64,000 nucleotides of DNA from Candidatus Doudnabacteria bacterium RIFCSPHIGHO2_02_FULL_42_25 (GCA_001777665.1 MFEQ01000006.1:278300-342299), one strand, 5' to 3'. Counted from the first letter of the stretch, positions 16,760 to 26,680 are shown. Made by a program: numbers and translations. The notes: a model not told the origin generated them from the letters alone.

Positions 16760-17080
16760 GTGTTTAAAATATATATTGATCCCGAAGTTCAAAAATTTAT
16801 TTTAAATCTCGAACCAGTTACCAAGGCAAAAATTGCGAGAAACCTCGATTTACTGGAAAATTTCGGATATAAATTAGAGATGCCGCATTCTAAAAAAATA
16901 TCTGACACTCTATTTGAGTTACGTATTCGAGGTCAACAAGAAATCAGAATTTTCTATTGTTTTCACAACGAAGTTATTAAATTGTTACATGGGTTTACAA
17001 AAAAATCTCAAAAAATCCCGCTTAAAGAACTACGCGCCGCAGAAAATAAATATAAAGCCTTGACACAATATAACTTATAA
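16760..17080 (+). CDS. type II toxin, HigB/RelE-like (Gp49/DUF891-like)
   Basis: 106 aa. The block …SDTLFELRIRGQQEIRIFYCFHNEVIKLLHGFTKKSQKIP… fits the family. The gene lies immediately upstream of an HTH antitoxin. Confidence 0.6.
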   Translation: MFKIYIDPEVQKFILNLEPVTKAKIARNLDLLENFGYKLEMPHSKKISDTLFELRIRGQQEIRIFYCFHNEVIKLLHGFTKKSQKIPLKELRAAENKYKALTQYNL

Positions 17081-17094
17081 GTTATATTAGTAAC

Positions 17095-17367
17095 ATGCAA
17101 ACTTGGATAAATTTTAAAAAAGAACTACTAAAAAATCCAGCAGTAAAAAAAGCCTACGATGAATTAGGACCTGAATTTAATTTAATCAAATTGATGATCC
17201 AAAAGCGTTTAGAAAAAGGATTAACCCAAAAACAACTGGCTAAAAAAATGGGAATTAAACAACCAATGATCTCTCGTTTTGAACAAGGTATGTCTAACCC
17301 TACCTTGAAATTTTTAGGTCGTATCGCAAAAGGTTTAGACGCTAAAATAAAAATTACAATCAGTTAA
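17095..17367 (+). CDS. HTH_XRE-family antitoxin (HigA-like)
   Basis: LTQKQLAKKMGIKQPMISRFEQG is a helix-turn-helix motif. Confidence 0.7.
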   Translation: MQTWINFKKELLKNPAVKKAYDELGPEFNLIKLMIQKRLEKGLTQKQLAKKMGIKQPMISRFEQGMSNPTLKFLGRIAKGLDAKIKITIS

Positions 17368-17535
17368 TTTAAATTACCTGTTCCAAATAAAGCCCCAAGG
17401 CCTCTTTAAGCACTAAATTTCGTCAATCGCCGAATCCGCCTTCGTTAGTGCATTGTGGTCAAATACTACCATACTCTGTAGTATGGTAGTATTTAGCTTG
17501 TTTTAATTTAGTTTAGATTCTGATAAAATTTAAGT

Positions 17536-18054
17536 ATGAATCTATTGCTTTATATAATCATTATCGCTGCTATTTATTCTTTTATAGTTTTTATTTTACT
17601 GCGTTTAGTGACGCCTTATACAGGATTTGGAAAACTGCCAAAGCCAAAACAAATTCCGCATGAGATTATTGTAAAAATTTCAGAATTAGAAACTGCCTCG
17701 AGTAATTCTCAAGAATATCTGCAAAAAATTTACGATTTCGTCACTTCTAGATGGCACGCTGGCAGGTTTACTACGATCTTCTACGCACCTCTCGCCTTTC
17801 GTACGAATTTAATGAAAATCTGGAAAAGTCCAGGATTTGCCCAATGCAATACACAAAACTATATCGTGTTCGTCATGCTGACTAATAGTAAATTTTTCAA
17901 ACCTGAAGATATCAAGCTCCGAACTGTCTTTTTTAACTTTTTCTTGCATCAATACCTGAAAGTGAAAGTGGGCAATGAATGGATCAATGTCGACCCAGCC
18001 GGTGCCAGCATCCGCGGGAAACCCCTCGGTGCCTACATAAGTATATTTGGATAG
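17536..18054 (+). CDS. hypothetical protein with N-terminal TM segment
   Basis: 172 aa, no recognised domain. Confidence 0.4.
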   Translation: MNLLLYIIIIAAIYSFIVFILLRLVTPYTGFGKLPKPKQIPHEIIVKISELETASSNSQEYLQKIYDFVTSRWHAGRFTTIFYAPLAFRTNLMKIWKSPGFAQCNTQNYIVFVMLTNSKFFKPEDIKLRTVFFNFFLHQYLKVKVGNEWINVDPAGASIRGKPLGAYISIFG

Positions 18055-18112
18055 TGTACTAGCGGGAGCTAATTTTGGTATAATATAGGAAATCCTTAAC
18101 TTTTCGAAACAA

Positions 18113-18763
18113 ATGGACAATATAGAGCTCAAGAATTACGTCGATAATGCCCGCAAACAAGGCATGACCGATGAGCAAATTAGGCAAAATTTGGCTATGG
18201 CTGGATGGGCCGAACACGATATCAATCAAACATTAACCCCGGCCCCAGTGGCTTCTATGGGCGTGACCGTACCCACCCCGAGTCATACTGCTTCAACAGA
18301 TTATCATGTAAACATGTGGATAGTATTCCAATACATTTTAATGTTTATCACATTGGCCACGAGCGCTATCTCTTTATCTGGAATCGGACATCACTTTATT
18401 GATGAAAATTTGGGAATGGAGTCTGGTTCTAGCTACGCCAGTTATTTCGGCAATTCTCTCATCTTAGGTTATGTTGCCAGTTTGATCGTCGCTTTTCCTG
18501 TGTTTGCCGCTTTATTTATCATCCTACGTAGAAAAATTGAAATCGAACCAGCGATTCGTAATATTAAATCACGTAAATTCTTTATTTATGTGGCTCTACT
18601 TTGGACATTTATCGTTCTCGTCGTCAGAGTTATCGGGTTAGTTTATGGTTTTCTCTCTGGCTCAGAATACGCTGGTGCATCGTTCGCACATTTATTAGTG
18701 ACATTTGCCACAGCTGGGTCTATCTTCACCTATTTCATCCTTGACGTCAGAAAGAAAGGATAA
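18113..18763 (+). CDS. hypothetical membrane protein
   Basis: A soluble N-terminal domain is followed by four TM helices. Confidence 0.5.
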   Translation: MDNIELKNYVDNARKQGMTDEQIRQNLAMAGWAEHDINQTLTPAPVASMGVTVPTPSHTASTDYHVNMWIVFQYILMFITLATSAISLSGIGHHFIDENLGMESGSSYASYFGNSLILGYVASLIVAFPVFAALFIILRRKIEIEPAIRNIKSRKFFIYVALLWTFIVLVVRVIGLVYGFLSGSEYAGASFAHLLVTFATAGSIFTYFILDVRKKG

Positions 18764-18765
18764 CA

Positions 18766-19181
18766 TGCGTAACGTTTACATAGTTGTCATTATTCTTTCT
18801 GCTTTAGTTTTGGGTGCGATCATCTACGGCTTCACAGTCGTTGGGTCTCCTGGAAAACAACAAGCACTTAAACTAGATCAGCAACGCATCACTGATTTCA
18901 ACAATATCAATTACAAGATGCAAACTTATTACGGCACCAACGATAAGTTGCCGGACAAACTAGATGATCTTACTGGGTCAAATCTATCTTTGAAAGATCC
19001 TAAAACTAAGCTTGATTATTCCTACTTTACACTGACAGACAGAAGTTATAAGCTTTGTGCGACTTTTGAGACTGATTCAAAAGATGCAGATAAATCAGCC
19101 AATTACTATTATTACGACACCAAAAACGAACATAAAAAAGGTTACGATTGTATAACCTTTGAGATTCCAGATTATTACTAA
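18766..19181 (+). CDS. secreted or membrane-anchored protein, 'LCATF' family paralog 1
   Basis: N-terminal TM/signal segment. It shares LP(D/E)KL…DPKTK…Y.Y…KLCATFE.DS…YYYYD with the next ORF and with 39494-40435. Confidence 0.55.
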
Positions 19182-19184
19182 ATA

Positions 19185-20339
19185 ATGCGCAAAGTTTATT
19201 TCATAGTTGCAATAATTTCTGCTGTCGTGATAGCTGCCATAATCTATGGCTTTTCTATTATTGGATCACCTTTCAAGAAGGCGGCTCTTAAAAATGACCA
19301 GACTCGAATCCTAAATTTAAATTCGTTGAGTTGGGATATTGAAAATTATGCTACGGAAAATAAAAAATTACCTGAGAAATTATCAGACGTATCCTTCACT
19401 AACAGCAATTATCTGAATGATCCAAAAACAAAAAAACCCTATACTTATGTAAAGGAGTCGGATACAGAATACAAATTATGCGCGACTTTTGAACTAGACT
19501 CTTCGGAGGAGACTCAAACCGATACCCAATACTATTATTACACTCCGACCGAGGCAACTCTAGCACAATTTAAAGTTCCCACTGATACTTACTCAGACCC
19601 AAAAACGCACAAAAAAAGTTACGATTGTATTGAATATGACATTACAAATTATTCGTCCAGCTTTAACTTGAACTATGACAAAATTTCAATTAGTAGTCCC
19701 ACTACAAATACGGACTTTCAACAGGGCGGGTTCAATCAAATATCCTGGACAGGTGATTATGTGTCAAAGGTGGATATTGTCTTAATAAATTCTAATAACG
19801 AAAAAATTGGATATATAAGCTCACCAGAAATTGCGACTATGCTTGATGTTCAAGATTATTCCTATTTTTCTTGGTCAGCAGCTACTGTATTTGTTGACAA
19901 TACGGGGGGAACCTACATCCCTATTCAACCGGGAAAGTATAAAATTCAAATTAACAGCACAGTAGGAAAATCTACCGCAACCAGTTCCGAATTTATAGTC
20001 TCTCCTCAGGAAGAATACTTTTCGTTATTCGCTCCATCGGAAAATTACAAAATGAAACAAGGATCCGATAACTATATCGTATGGAGTAAAAAAACCATTT
20101 CCCAAATCAATATCAGCTTGTGGGATTCGGATCGGAAAAATGTAATTGGTTACATCAGTGCTGGCAGCCAATATACCTCAACTGATAATCGAACAAACCT
20201 TATTTGGAAAGCAGATAAAATTTCAGCTACTTTGGGAGGTGCTGCAACAGTTCCCGTCTCACCTGGTAAATACACTCTGTTTGTTCTGGATCTTACTGGA
20301 CAAGGAGTTGGCAGTGCGCCATTTACTATTGTTAAATAG
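19185..20339 (+). CDS. secreted or membrane-anchored protein, 'LCATF' family paralog 2, with C-terminal extension
   Basis: The N-terminal domain is paralogous to 18766-19181. Confidence 0.55.
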   Translation: MRKVYFIVAIISAVVIAAIIYGFSIIGSPFKKAALKNDQTRILNLNSLSWDIENYATENKKLPEKLSDVSFTNSNYLNDPKTKKPYTYVKESDTEYKLCATFELDSSEETQTDTQYYYYTPTEATLAQFKVPTDTYSDPKTHKKSYDCIEYDITNYSSSFNLNYDKISISSPTTNTDFQQGGFNQISWTGDYVSKVDIVLINSNNEKIGYISSPEIATMLDVQDYSYFSWSAATVFVDNTGGTYIPIQPGKYKIQINSTVGKSTATSSEFIVSPQEEYFSLFAPSENYKMKQGSDNYIVWSKKTISQINISLWDSDRKNVIGYISAGSQYTSTDNRTNLIWKADKISATLGGAATVPVSPGKYTLFVLDLTGQGVGSAPFTIVK

Positions 20340-21464
20340 CTATTTCTTAAACTTATCCCAGAAACCTTCTTCCACCTCCACCGACTCGCCAGTTTCCTCG
20401 GCGAGTTTTTTGAATAATTCTTTTTCTTTCTTGGTTAGTTTCGTCGGTGTCACGACATGAACAGTGACGAAATGATCACCACGGGATGAACTATTGAGTC
20501 TTGGTGCCCCTTTGTCTTTAATCCGGAATACTTTACCCGACTGTGTGCCTGCTGGAATTTTGAGTTTAACATTACCATCCACAGTCGGAGTTTCGATTTC
20601 TGTCCCTAACGCTGCTTGATAAAAACTGATCGGCAGTTCATTGTAAATATTTTCTGCTTCTCGTTTGAATTTCGGATGGGGCTTTACATGCAATCGCAAA
20701 TACAAATCACCAAAGTTCGAGCCCCTGTAACCGACTTCTCCTTCATTCGTGATCCGAATTCTCTGACCATTCTCGACCCCAGCTGGAATTCTGATTTTTA
20801 AATTCTTTTGTCTGCGCTTAGCTCCAGTCCCCCGACATTCGCTGCAGGATCGCTCTGGAATTTTGCCACTGCCATCACACCGATCACAGGTCGAGGCTGA
20901 CTGCATGACACCGAAAATTGTCCGGCGTTGGGTTTTAATCTGTCCCTGTCCATGACATTTCGGACAAGTATTAATTTTACTACCTGGTTCTGCTCCTGAT
21001 CCCTGACATTTCTCACAAGTATCTTTTTTCTCTAGTGTCAGTTCTTTTTCCACACCAAATACTGCCTCATCAAAAGTCAGATCGAGGTCCATTTCCAAAT
21101 CCACTCCGCGTTCTCTCCGCGCTCTGGTTCGAGTATTAACTCCTCCTCCGCCAAAAATATCTGAAAAAATATCGAACGCATCTTCAAATTCGACATTAAA
21201 TCCAGAAGTAAAGTCCTGTGGGTTAAAACCACCGAACCCACTCCCACCCATATTTGGACCAGTTGATCCAAATCGATCGTACTGCGAACGCTTATTCGGA
21301 TCAGAAAGTACCTGATAGGCTTCGTTGATTTCCTTGAATTTGCCTTCATTTCCTTTATTTTTGTCCGGATGGTGTTCGTGCGCCAATTTCCGATACGCCC
21401 GCTTGATCTCATCTTGCGTAGCAGTCTTGGAGACACCCAATGTGTTGTAGTAATCCTGTGCCAT
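20340..21464 (-). CDS. dnaJ: chaperone DnaJ
   Basis: J-domain (HPD), G/F-rich region and four CxxCxGxG zinc-finger repeats are present. Confidence 0.95.
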   Translation of the reverse strand: MAQDYYNTLGVSKTATQDEIKRAYRKLAHEHHPDKNKGNEGKFKEINEAYQVLSDPNKRSQYDRFGSTGPNMGGSGFGGFNPQDFTSGFNVEFEDAFDIFSDIFGGGGVNTRTRARRERGVDLEMDLDLTFDEAVFGVEKELTLEKKDTCEKCQGSGAEPGSKINTCPKCHGQGQIKTQRRTIFGVMQSASTCDRCDGSGKIPERSCSECRGTGAKRRQKNLKIRIPAGVENGQRIRITNEGEVGYRGSNFGDLYLRLHVKPHPKFKREAENIYNELPISFYQAALGTEIETPTVDGNVKLKIPAGTQSGKVFRIKDKGAPRLNSSSRGDHFVTVHVVTPTKLTKKEKELFKKLAEETGESVEVEEGFWDKFKK

Positions 21465-21468
21465 GTGT

Positions 21469-21934
21469 CTACGAAATTACGAAATTAATACGAAAATACG
21501 AACTAGTTAATATTAAGAATTCTTTTGTATTGTAATCCTTTTGCAGTAAAGTTTGCTAGTATTCCAAGTTTTAAATCTAAAGCCTTTAGATACGCTATAA
21601 CTTGTTCAATATTCTTATAAGAAAAATTATTATCTTTCTTGATTTCGAGTGCAACTTTATTCTCGACAAGAAAATCTAGGCGATAAGAGCCTATTGCCTT
21701 ATCTTTATACATCAGAGGGATTCTAGCCTGCTCAGTAAATGAAAGATTGCTCTTTTTCAACTCAATTGCAACAGCTCTTTGATAGTATTTCTCGTGATGT
21801 TTATTGCCTAGCTGCTTAAATACTTCAAACAAAACGCCGACTATTTGATAACTTAATTCTGGATAAACTAGATTTTTTTTACTACCACTGGTTTAGGCAT
21901 GTTCGTACTTTCGTAATTTTTTCGTAGTTCGTAG
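21469..21934. repeat. TACGAA×4 … TTCGTA×4 palindromic element whose loop contains the GxxExxY gene
   Basis: Left arm CTACGAAATTACGAAATTAATACGAAAATACGAA (21469-21502). Right arm TTCGTACTTTCGTAATTTTTTCGTAGTTCGTAG (21902-21934). Confidence 0.6.
21503..21832 (-). CDS. GxxExxY-family protein (PD-(D/E)xK nuclease-like)
   Basis: YQRAVAIEL…IGSYRLDFLVENKVALEIK matches the GxxExxY protein family signature. Confidence 0.65.
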   Translation of the reverse strand: MFEVFKQLGNKHHEKYYQRAVAIELKKSNLSFTEQARIPLMYKDKAIGSYRLDFLVENKVALEIKKDNNFSYKNIEQVIAYLKALDLKLGILANFTAKGLQYKRILNIN

Positions 21935-21936
21935 AT

Positions 21937-22863
21937 TTAAATTTCGAGTTTCTCTACCTCGACAGCAACTTTCGAGAGTCGGAAAAATTGCAGTTGCAAT
22001 AGTGATTCAAAAATTACCCAAGTAAAAAATGTGGCAACCCATCGCAAGACAAATGAAAATGTTCGCAGTAAAGCTAAAATAATTAAAGTAAAAATAATTG
22101 GAAACAATTCAGTATTTTTTTCGGCCGTTGCCCTTACTCTATCTACTGCAAATTGCGCGACGACTTCAGAAAGCGGCTGATCTCCAGGAATTTGGATATT
22201 GAATTGACGGAAAAAATCTTGCTTGGCTTGTTCCAAATATTGTTGCTTAAACTCTTCGGGAATTTGATCAAAATCAGGATTCTGCTTTACGGTCTCGGCT
22301 CGGATATACTGATCCAAGGTTTGATTAAGATCAATTCCTGTCCGGCCTTCGCTCCCCAAATACCGAGTGCTCTTTGCCGCGGATCGGCCAAGTGCTTCAT
22401 AAAATGAATCAGGATTGGCTTTAAATTCTGCCGAGGTATTGTAGTAAATATTCAAACTCAATGAAAGCAAAAAAGCATAAATGATGACATTGATACCAGC
22501 AGACGTCACACTGCGAATCGAGAAATGCTGCCGCACAGCTTCCTCCGATCGAATCCGTCGTTCAAACCACAGCATCAGGCTTATAAACACTAGGCCTGCC
22601 AGAGCCACGACCCATGCTTTAGGAAAAATCAGTAAGTAAGTAACTAGGGCTAGAGCGCCGAATCCATAGGTAATCCAGCGGTTGTTGTTTACCAGCCCAA
22701 ACAGAGTCAGAAATGCTATCGATATAGCTGTAACTAGCCCGGGCCAGATCCAAAACAATAAGGGTTTGTCACCAAATAAAGCCGAGTTAATCAAAACCCA
22801 GTCGAGAACCAAGAAAAACAAACTAACAAACCCTGAAGTTATAATTTTTATTTTTGTGGTCAT
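21937..22863 (-). CDS. hypothetical polytopic membrane protein
   Basis: 308 aa with multiple TM helices. Confidence 0.5.
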   Translation of the reverse strand: MTTKIKIITSGFVSLFFLVLDWVLINSALFGDKPLLFWIWPGLVTAISIAFLTLFGLVNNNRWITYGFGALALVTYLLIFPKAWVVALAGLVFISLMLWFERRIRSEEAVRQHFSIRSVTSAGINVIIYAFLLSLSLNIYYNTSAEFKANPDSFYEALGRSAAKSTRYLGSEGRTGIDLNQTLDQYIRAETVKQNPDFDQIPEEFKQQYLEQAKQDFFRQFNIQIPGDQPLSEVVAQFAVDRVRATAEKNTELFPIIFTLIILALLRTFSFVLRWVATFFTWVIFESLLQLQFFRLSKVAVEVEKLEI

Positions 22864-23151
22864 TTATTCGGTTCTAAAGCCGATTTCCGAATGAGTCGGA
22901 GCTGAAGCTTGTTTGATCTGCCCATGCTGCGCTTCATATTTCTTGAGAGTATCGGCCAACACTGCTACCATGCGCTTCATATGGCCTGGGCTTATGAAAA
23001 CCCGACTGACTATGATGCCTTGTGGTGGAAACAGATTCATAAAATCAAGAATAAATTCTTCTGGACTAAATGCAATCTGCATATTGTTGGCATAAGCGCC
23101 TTTTAGAGTCTTATCATCTATCTTCACATTTATACTTTGCTGTTGATTCAT
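22864..23151 (-). CDS. hypothetical small protein
   Basis: 95 aa. Its start is adjacent to the stop of the upstream gene. Confidence 0.45.
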   Translation of the reverse strand: MNQQQSINVKIDDKTLKGAYANNMQIAFSPEEFILDFMNLFPPQGIIVSRVFISPGHMKRMVAVLADTLKKYEAQHGQIKQASAPTHSEIGFRTE

Positions 23152-23159
23152 GTTATTAT

Positions 23160-23222
23160 CTACGAAAGTACGAATTCTCGAATTACGAACTGTTCGTAGT
23201 TTCGCAATTTCGTATTTCGTAG
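23160..23222. repeat. TACGAA/TTCGTA palindromic element (downstream of dnaK)
   Basis: CTACGAAAGTACGAATTCTCGAATTACGAAC-TG-TTCGTAGTTTCGCAATTTCGTATTTCGTAG. Confidence 0.7.
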
Positions 23223-23228
23223 TATTAA

Positions 23229-25067
23229 TTATTTCTCTTCATCTACAACTTCGGCATCGACTGGGCCCTGGTTTTCTGTTGTCTGTTTACTGTTATCTGT
23301 TTCCTGACTTTTGTACATAGCTGCCCCGACTTTTTGGGCTACAGTAGATAACTCGTCCATAGCTTTTTTGATCGCATCGATATCAGGTTTATCTTTTACA
23401 TCTTTCAAAGCCTGAATTTTCGTTTCCACATCCTTCCGATCTGCTTCTGGAACTTTGTCTCCGGCATCTTTCAGGGTGCGTTCAGAAACTGAAATCAAAG
23501 TATCAGCATGGTTTCTCATTTCCACAGTTTCTTTATTCTTGCGATCTTCCTCGGCGTGCATTTCCGCTTCTTTCTTCATGCGCTCGACTTCTTCTTTTGA
23601 CAGAGTAGATGATCCGGTGATGGTGATATCTTGAGATTTGCCAGTAGCCTTATCTTTCGCTGTTACCTTAAGTATACCATTCGCATCGATGTCGAAAGTA
23701 ACTTCGACCTGTGGGATTCCTCGTGGAGCGGCTGGGATACCATCGAGATGGAATTTACCCAAAGATTTGTTGTCCCGAGCAAATGGGCGCTCACCCTGCA
23801 CGACATTGATTTCTACAGAGGTTTGATTGTCTGCTGCAGTGGAAAAAATTTGAGATTTCGAAGTTGGGATCGTAGTATTGCGTTCAATCAACGCAGTGGC
23901 CACTCCACCCAAAGTTTCTAAACCCAAAGTTAACGGGGTCACGTCAAGTAAAAGAATTTCTTTGCCTGCGACATCTCCAGAGAGTACCCCGGCTTGGACT
24001 GCAGCGCCTTTGGCTACAGCTTCCATCGGATCAATTCCTCGTTCAACTTGTTTGCCGATATATTCTTCGACAAACTTCTGCACGACAGGCATACGAGTCG
24101 GACCTCCGACCAAAATAATTTTCGCAATATCATTCGGGGTTAATTTCGCATCAGTTAGTGCTTGCTCCACTGGATGACGCATGCGTTCGATGGTTGGCTT
24201 CACTAATTCTTCCAGTTTGGATCGGGTTAATTTCATATTCAAATGCTTCGGTCCTGATGCATCAGCCGAAATAAACGGCATATTGAGATCTGTTTCGAGT
24301 ACAGTGGAGAGCTCAATTTTACCTTTTTCCACCGCTTCTCGCACGCGGTTCATAGCCATTTTGTCGTTTTGTAAATCCAAACCGGTTTCGCGCTTGAATT
24401 CAGAAGCAACATAATCAATCAAAGATTTATCCATGTCTTTACCACCGAGCTGCGTATCCCCGGAGGTCGAAAGCACTTCGAAAGTTGCCTGCCCTTCGTG
24501 TTCGCCGAAATCCATGATCGTGACATCGAGTGTTCCTCCGCCCAAATCAAAGACTAGGATTTTCTGATCTTTCCCTGATTTATCCAATCCATACGCAAAT
24601 GCAGCAGCAGTCGGTTCATTGATGACGCGAACGACTTCCAGGCCTGCGATCTCACCAGCATTTTTCGTAGCTTGGCGCTGACTGTCATCGAAGTATGCCG
24701 GTACTGTAATCACCGCTTTCTTTACTGGCTCACCCAAATAAGCTTCCGCATCCTTTTTAATTTTTTGCAGCAAAAAAGCAGAGAGCTGTTCTGGGGCGTA
24801 TTCTTTGCCGGCGAGTTTGTACTTTTCAGAAGTTCCCATTTTGCGTTTGAATTCAAACGCGGTTCCTTCTGGATTAGTCACAGCCTGACGTCTGGCAGGT
24901 TCGCCCACCAAAAGCTGACCATCTTTGGTAAAGGCAACATAAGATGGGAAAGCTTTCCCAGCCATGGTTTGCCCTTCTGCTGATGGAATAATGACTGGCT
25001 TCCCAGCTTCCATGACAGAAGCCGCACTGTTTGATGTTCCTAAATCTATCCCAATTATTTTAGGCAT
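23229..25067 (-). CDS. dnaK: chaperone DnaK (Hsp70)
   Basis: [19 protein letters not shown] and a C-terminal EEVD-like acidic tail are present. Confidence 0.95.
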   Translation of the reverse strand: MPKIIGIDLGTSNSAASVMEAGKPVIIPSAEGQTMAGKAFPSYVAFTKDGQLLVGEPARRQAVTNPEGTAFEFKRKMGTSEKYKLAGKEYAPEQLSAFLLQKIKKDAEAYLGEPVKKAVITVPAYFDDSQRQATKNAGEIAGLEVVRVINEPTAAAFAYGLDKSGKDQKILVFDLGGGTLDVTIMDFGEHEGQATFEVLSTSGDTQLGGKDMDKSLIDYVASEFKRETGLDLQNDKMAMNRVREAVEKGKIELSTVLETDLNMPFISADASGPKHLNMKLTRSKLEELVKPTIERMRHPVEQALTDAKLTPNDIAKIILVGGPTRMPVVQKFVEEYIGKQVERGIDPMEAVAKGAAVQAGVLSGDVAGKEILLLDVTPLTLGLETLGGVATALIERNTTIPTSKSQIFSTAADNQTSVEINVVQGERPFARDNKSLGKFHLDGIPAAPRGIPQVEVTFDIDANGILKVTAKDKATGKSQDITITGSSTLSKEEVERMKKEAEMHAEEDRKNKETVEMRNHADTLISVSERTLKDAGDKVPEADRKDVETKIQALKDVKDKPDIDAIKKAMDELSTVAQKVGAAMYKSQETDNSKQTTENQGPVDAEVVDEEK

Positions 25068-25090
25068 TGTTTTGTCCTTTCTTGTTTATA

Positions 25091-25162
25091 CCATTTCGAG
25101 CGATTAGCGAGAAATCGCTTCTTAAAGCTTTAGGGAGCGATCTCTCACTTCGTTCGAGATGG
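25091..25162 (-). promoter_or_regulatory. ~72-nt intercistronic repeat, copy 1 (grpE-dnaK spacer)
   Basis: ACCATTTCGAGCGATTAGCGAGAAATCGCTTCTTAAAGCTTTAGGGAGCGATCTCTCACTTCGTTCGAGATGG. Confidence 0.55.
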
Positions 25163-25165
25163 TAA

Positions 25166-25645
25166 TTAATTAATGCTCTGTTTTCCTACGGCCACTTTGG
25201 CCGGAATTATTACTTTAGTATTTAATATAAATCCTGGCTGTATCTCTTTAATTATTTGCCCTTCTTCTCCCTCCACTTCTTCTATAGCCTCGTGCATCGT
25301 GGGATCAAACTGCTCGCCAACTGTTTTGATCTTTTTCAATCCCAGTTCTTCCATATCTTTTTCCAGCTGCATGATCGTGGCTTTCAATCCTGTGACCCAA
25401 TCCTTATAAGTCTCATCACTCGGCGCGTATTTCAGGACTTGTTCGAGGTTCTGAAGAGAGGGCATGAGTTTTGACACCGTCAGTTCTTTCGCAAATTCCA
25501 GAATTTCTTTCTTATTTTCTTCATTTCTGCGTTTAAAGTTTTCAAAATCCGCCGCAGTCTTCTTCCAGTTATTGAGGAGTTCTAGATTTTTTTCTTGTAA
25601 TTCTTCTAGACTTAAATTCTCTTGTTGATCTTTTTCGTCTGTCAT
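25166..25645 (-). CDS. grpE: nucleotide exchange factor GrpE
   Basis: Coiled-coil N-terminus and a GrpE core (…DFENFKRR…) are present. Confidence 0.9.
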   Translation of the reverse strand: MTDEKDQQENLSLEELQEKNLELLNNWKKTAADFENFKRRNEENKKEILEFAKELTVSKLMPSLQNLEQVLKYAPSDETYKDWVTGLKATIMQLEKDMEELGLKKIKTVGEQFDPTMHEAIEEVEGEEGQIIKEIQPGFILNTKVIIPAKVAVGKQSIN

Positions 25646-25665
25646 CTTTTTTTTACCATTTCGAG

Positions 25666-25729
25666 TGATTAGCGAGAAATCGCTTCTTAAAGCTTAAGGG
25701 AGCGATCTCTCGTTCCACTCGAGATGGGA
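25666..25729 (-). promoter_or_regulatory. ~72-nt intercistronic repeat, copy 2 (hrcA-grpE spacer)
   Basis: ACCATTTCGAGTGATTAGCGAGAAATCGCTTCTTAAAGCTTAAGGGAGCGATCTCTC…CGAGATGG. Confidence 0.55.
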
Positions 25730-25886
25730 TTTAAAATAAATTAATATTAAAAGTCTCAGCCGAGGAATCAGAAATAACACTTGAAAATATTCCAGCGAGA
25801 GTTTCTAAACCTTCTTTTTCTCTTGTATAATCGTTGAGCTTTCTTTCAATAACTATTTTTGGCTGAGGGTTATCTATATACATCAT

Positions 25887-26618
25887 TTAAATATTAATTA
25901 TTAAAACAATTACAGCACTTCCGGAGATTAATTTTGATAAATAATTTAGAATCGACATATTTTTCGCATAAGACATGCGCTTCGAACCCACGATCCCGAT
26001 CACACCTTTTTTACCATTCTTGAGTTGAATATTTGAAACAACTAGACTCAAATCTTTCGGTACAGTGACTGGAGCTTCCCCGCCAATAAATGCTTCTGCG
26101 GAGACTTCTGAAGTTTTGATGAGTTTCGTCGCGTGATCGTCAATGTTTTCCAAAAGCTCGGCGACTTGCTTCATGGTCCTATTATCTGCAAATTCCGGTT
26201 CTCCGATGATGTGGGAAAGGCCTGTGGCAGATGTTTCGTTTGGAAGCAGGGTAAAAGCAGCTTGGCCGGAAACTTGAGAGATCAGGTTCGAGAGCGAACG
26301 CCCGAGCTGTTCATGCGAGGCTTGAAGTTTGATTAGTTCGCCCTTTAGCAGCCTGCGTTCTTTTTCTGACAATTCAAATCTCCGCATAAGCTCGTTTACG
26401 AAATAACGATATCCCTGATCAGTGGGTATCCTGCCTGCGGATTTGTGCGGCTGGTAGATATAGCCAGCTTTTTCCAAAGCAGCCATTTCATTGCGAATAG
26501 TTGCAGAAGACTCCCGAAAATTATATTTCTCGGCCAATTCTTTGGATCCGACTGGATTGGCCGTTTCTGAGTATTCTTTGACTATTGCAGCTAGTATTTT
26601 TTGAGCCCGTATTTCCAT
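25887..26618 (-). CDS. hrcA: heat-inducible transcription repressor HrcA
   Basis: Winged-helix N-terminus, placed upstream of grpE-dnaK, with CIRCE operators in its own promoter. Confidence 0.85.
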   Translation of the reverse strand: MEIRAQKILAAIVKEYSETANPVGSKELAEKYNFRESSATIRNEMAALEKAGYIYQPHKSAGRIPTDQGYRYFVNELMRRFELSEKERRLLKGELIKLQASHEQLGRSLSNLISQVSGQAAFTLLPNETSATGLSHIIGEPEFADNRTMKQVAELLENIDDHATKLIKTSEVSAEAFIGGEAPVTVPKDLSLVVSNIQLKNGKKGVIGIVGSKRMSYAKNMSILNYLSKLISGSAVIVLIINI

Positions 26619-26621
26619 ACA

Positions 26622-26648
26622 TTAGCACTTAAACGAATTGAGTGCTAA
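26622..26648 (-). promoter_or_regulatory. CIRCE operator 1 (TTAGCACTT-N9-GAGTGCTAA)
   Basis: Consensus HrcA operator overlapping the +1 region of the hrcA promoter. Confidence 0.9.
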
Positions 26649-26651
26649 GTC

Positions 26652-26680
26652 ATTATAAAATTAGCACTCAACCCTGTCAA
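26652..26680 (-). promoter_or_regulatory. sigma70 promoter of hrcA-grpE-dnaK
   Basis: On the minus strand: TTGACA, a 17-nt spacer, then TATAAT. The -35 box lies inside CIRCE 2. Confidence 0.75.

Noticed and set aside
23631-24983. Several 60-100-aa ORFs antisense to dnaK, and similar antisense ORFs inside uvrA, topA and the surface-protein genes
   Set aside because: They are embedded in well-supported long genes, show low-complexity composition and lack RBS. They are typical shadow ORFs.
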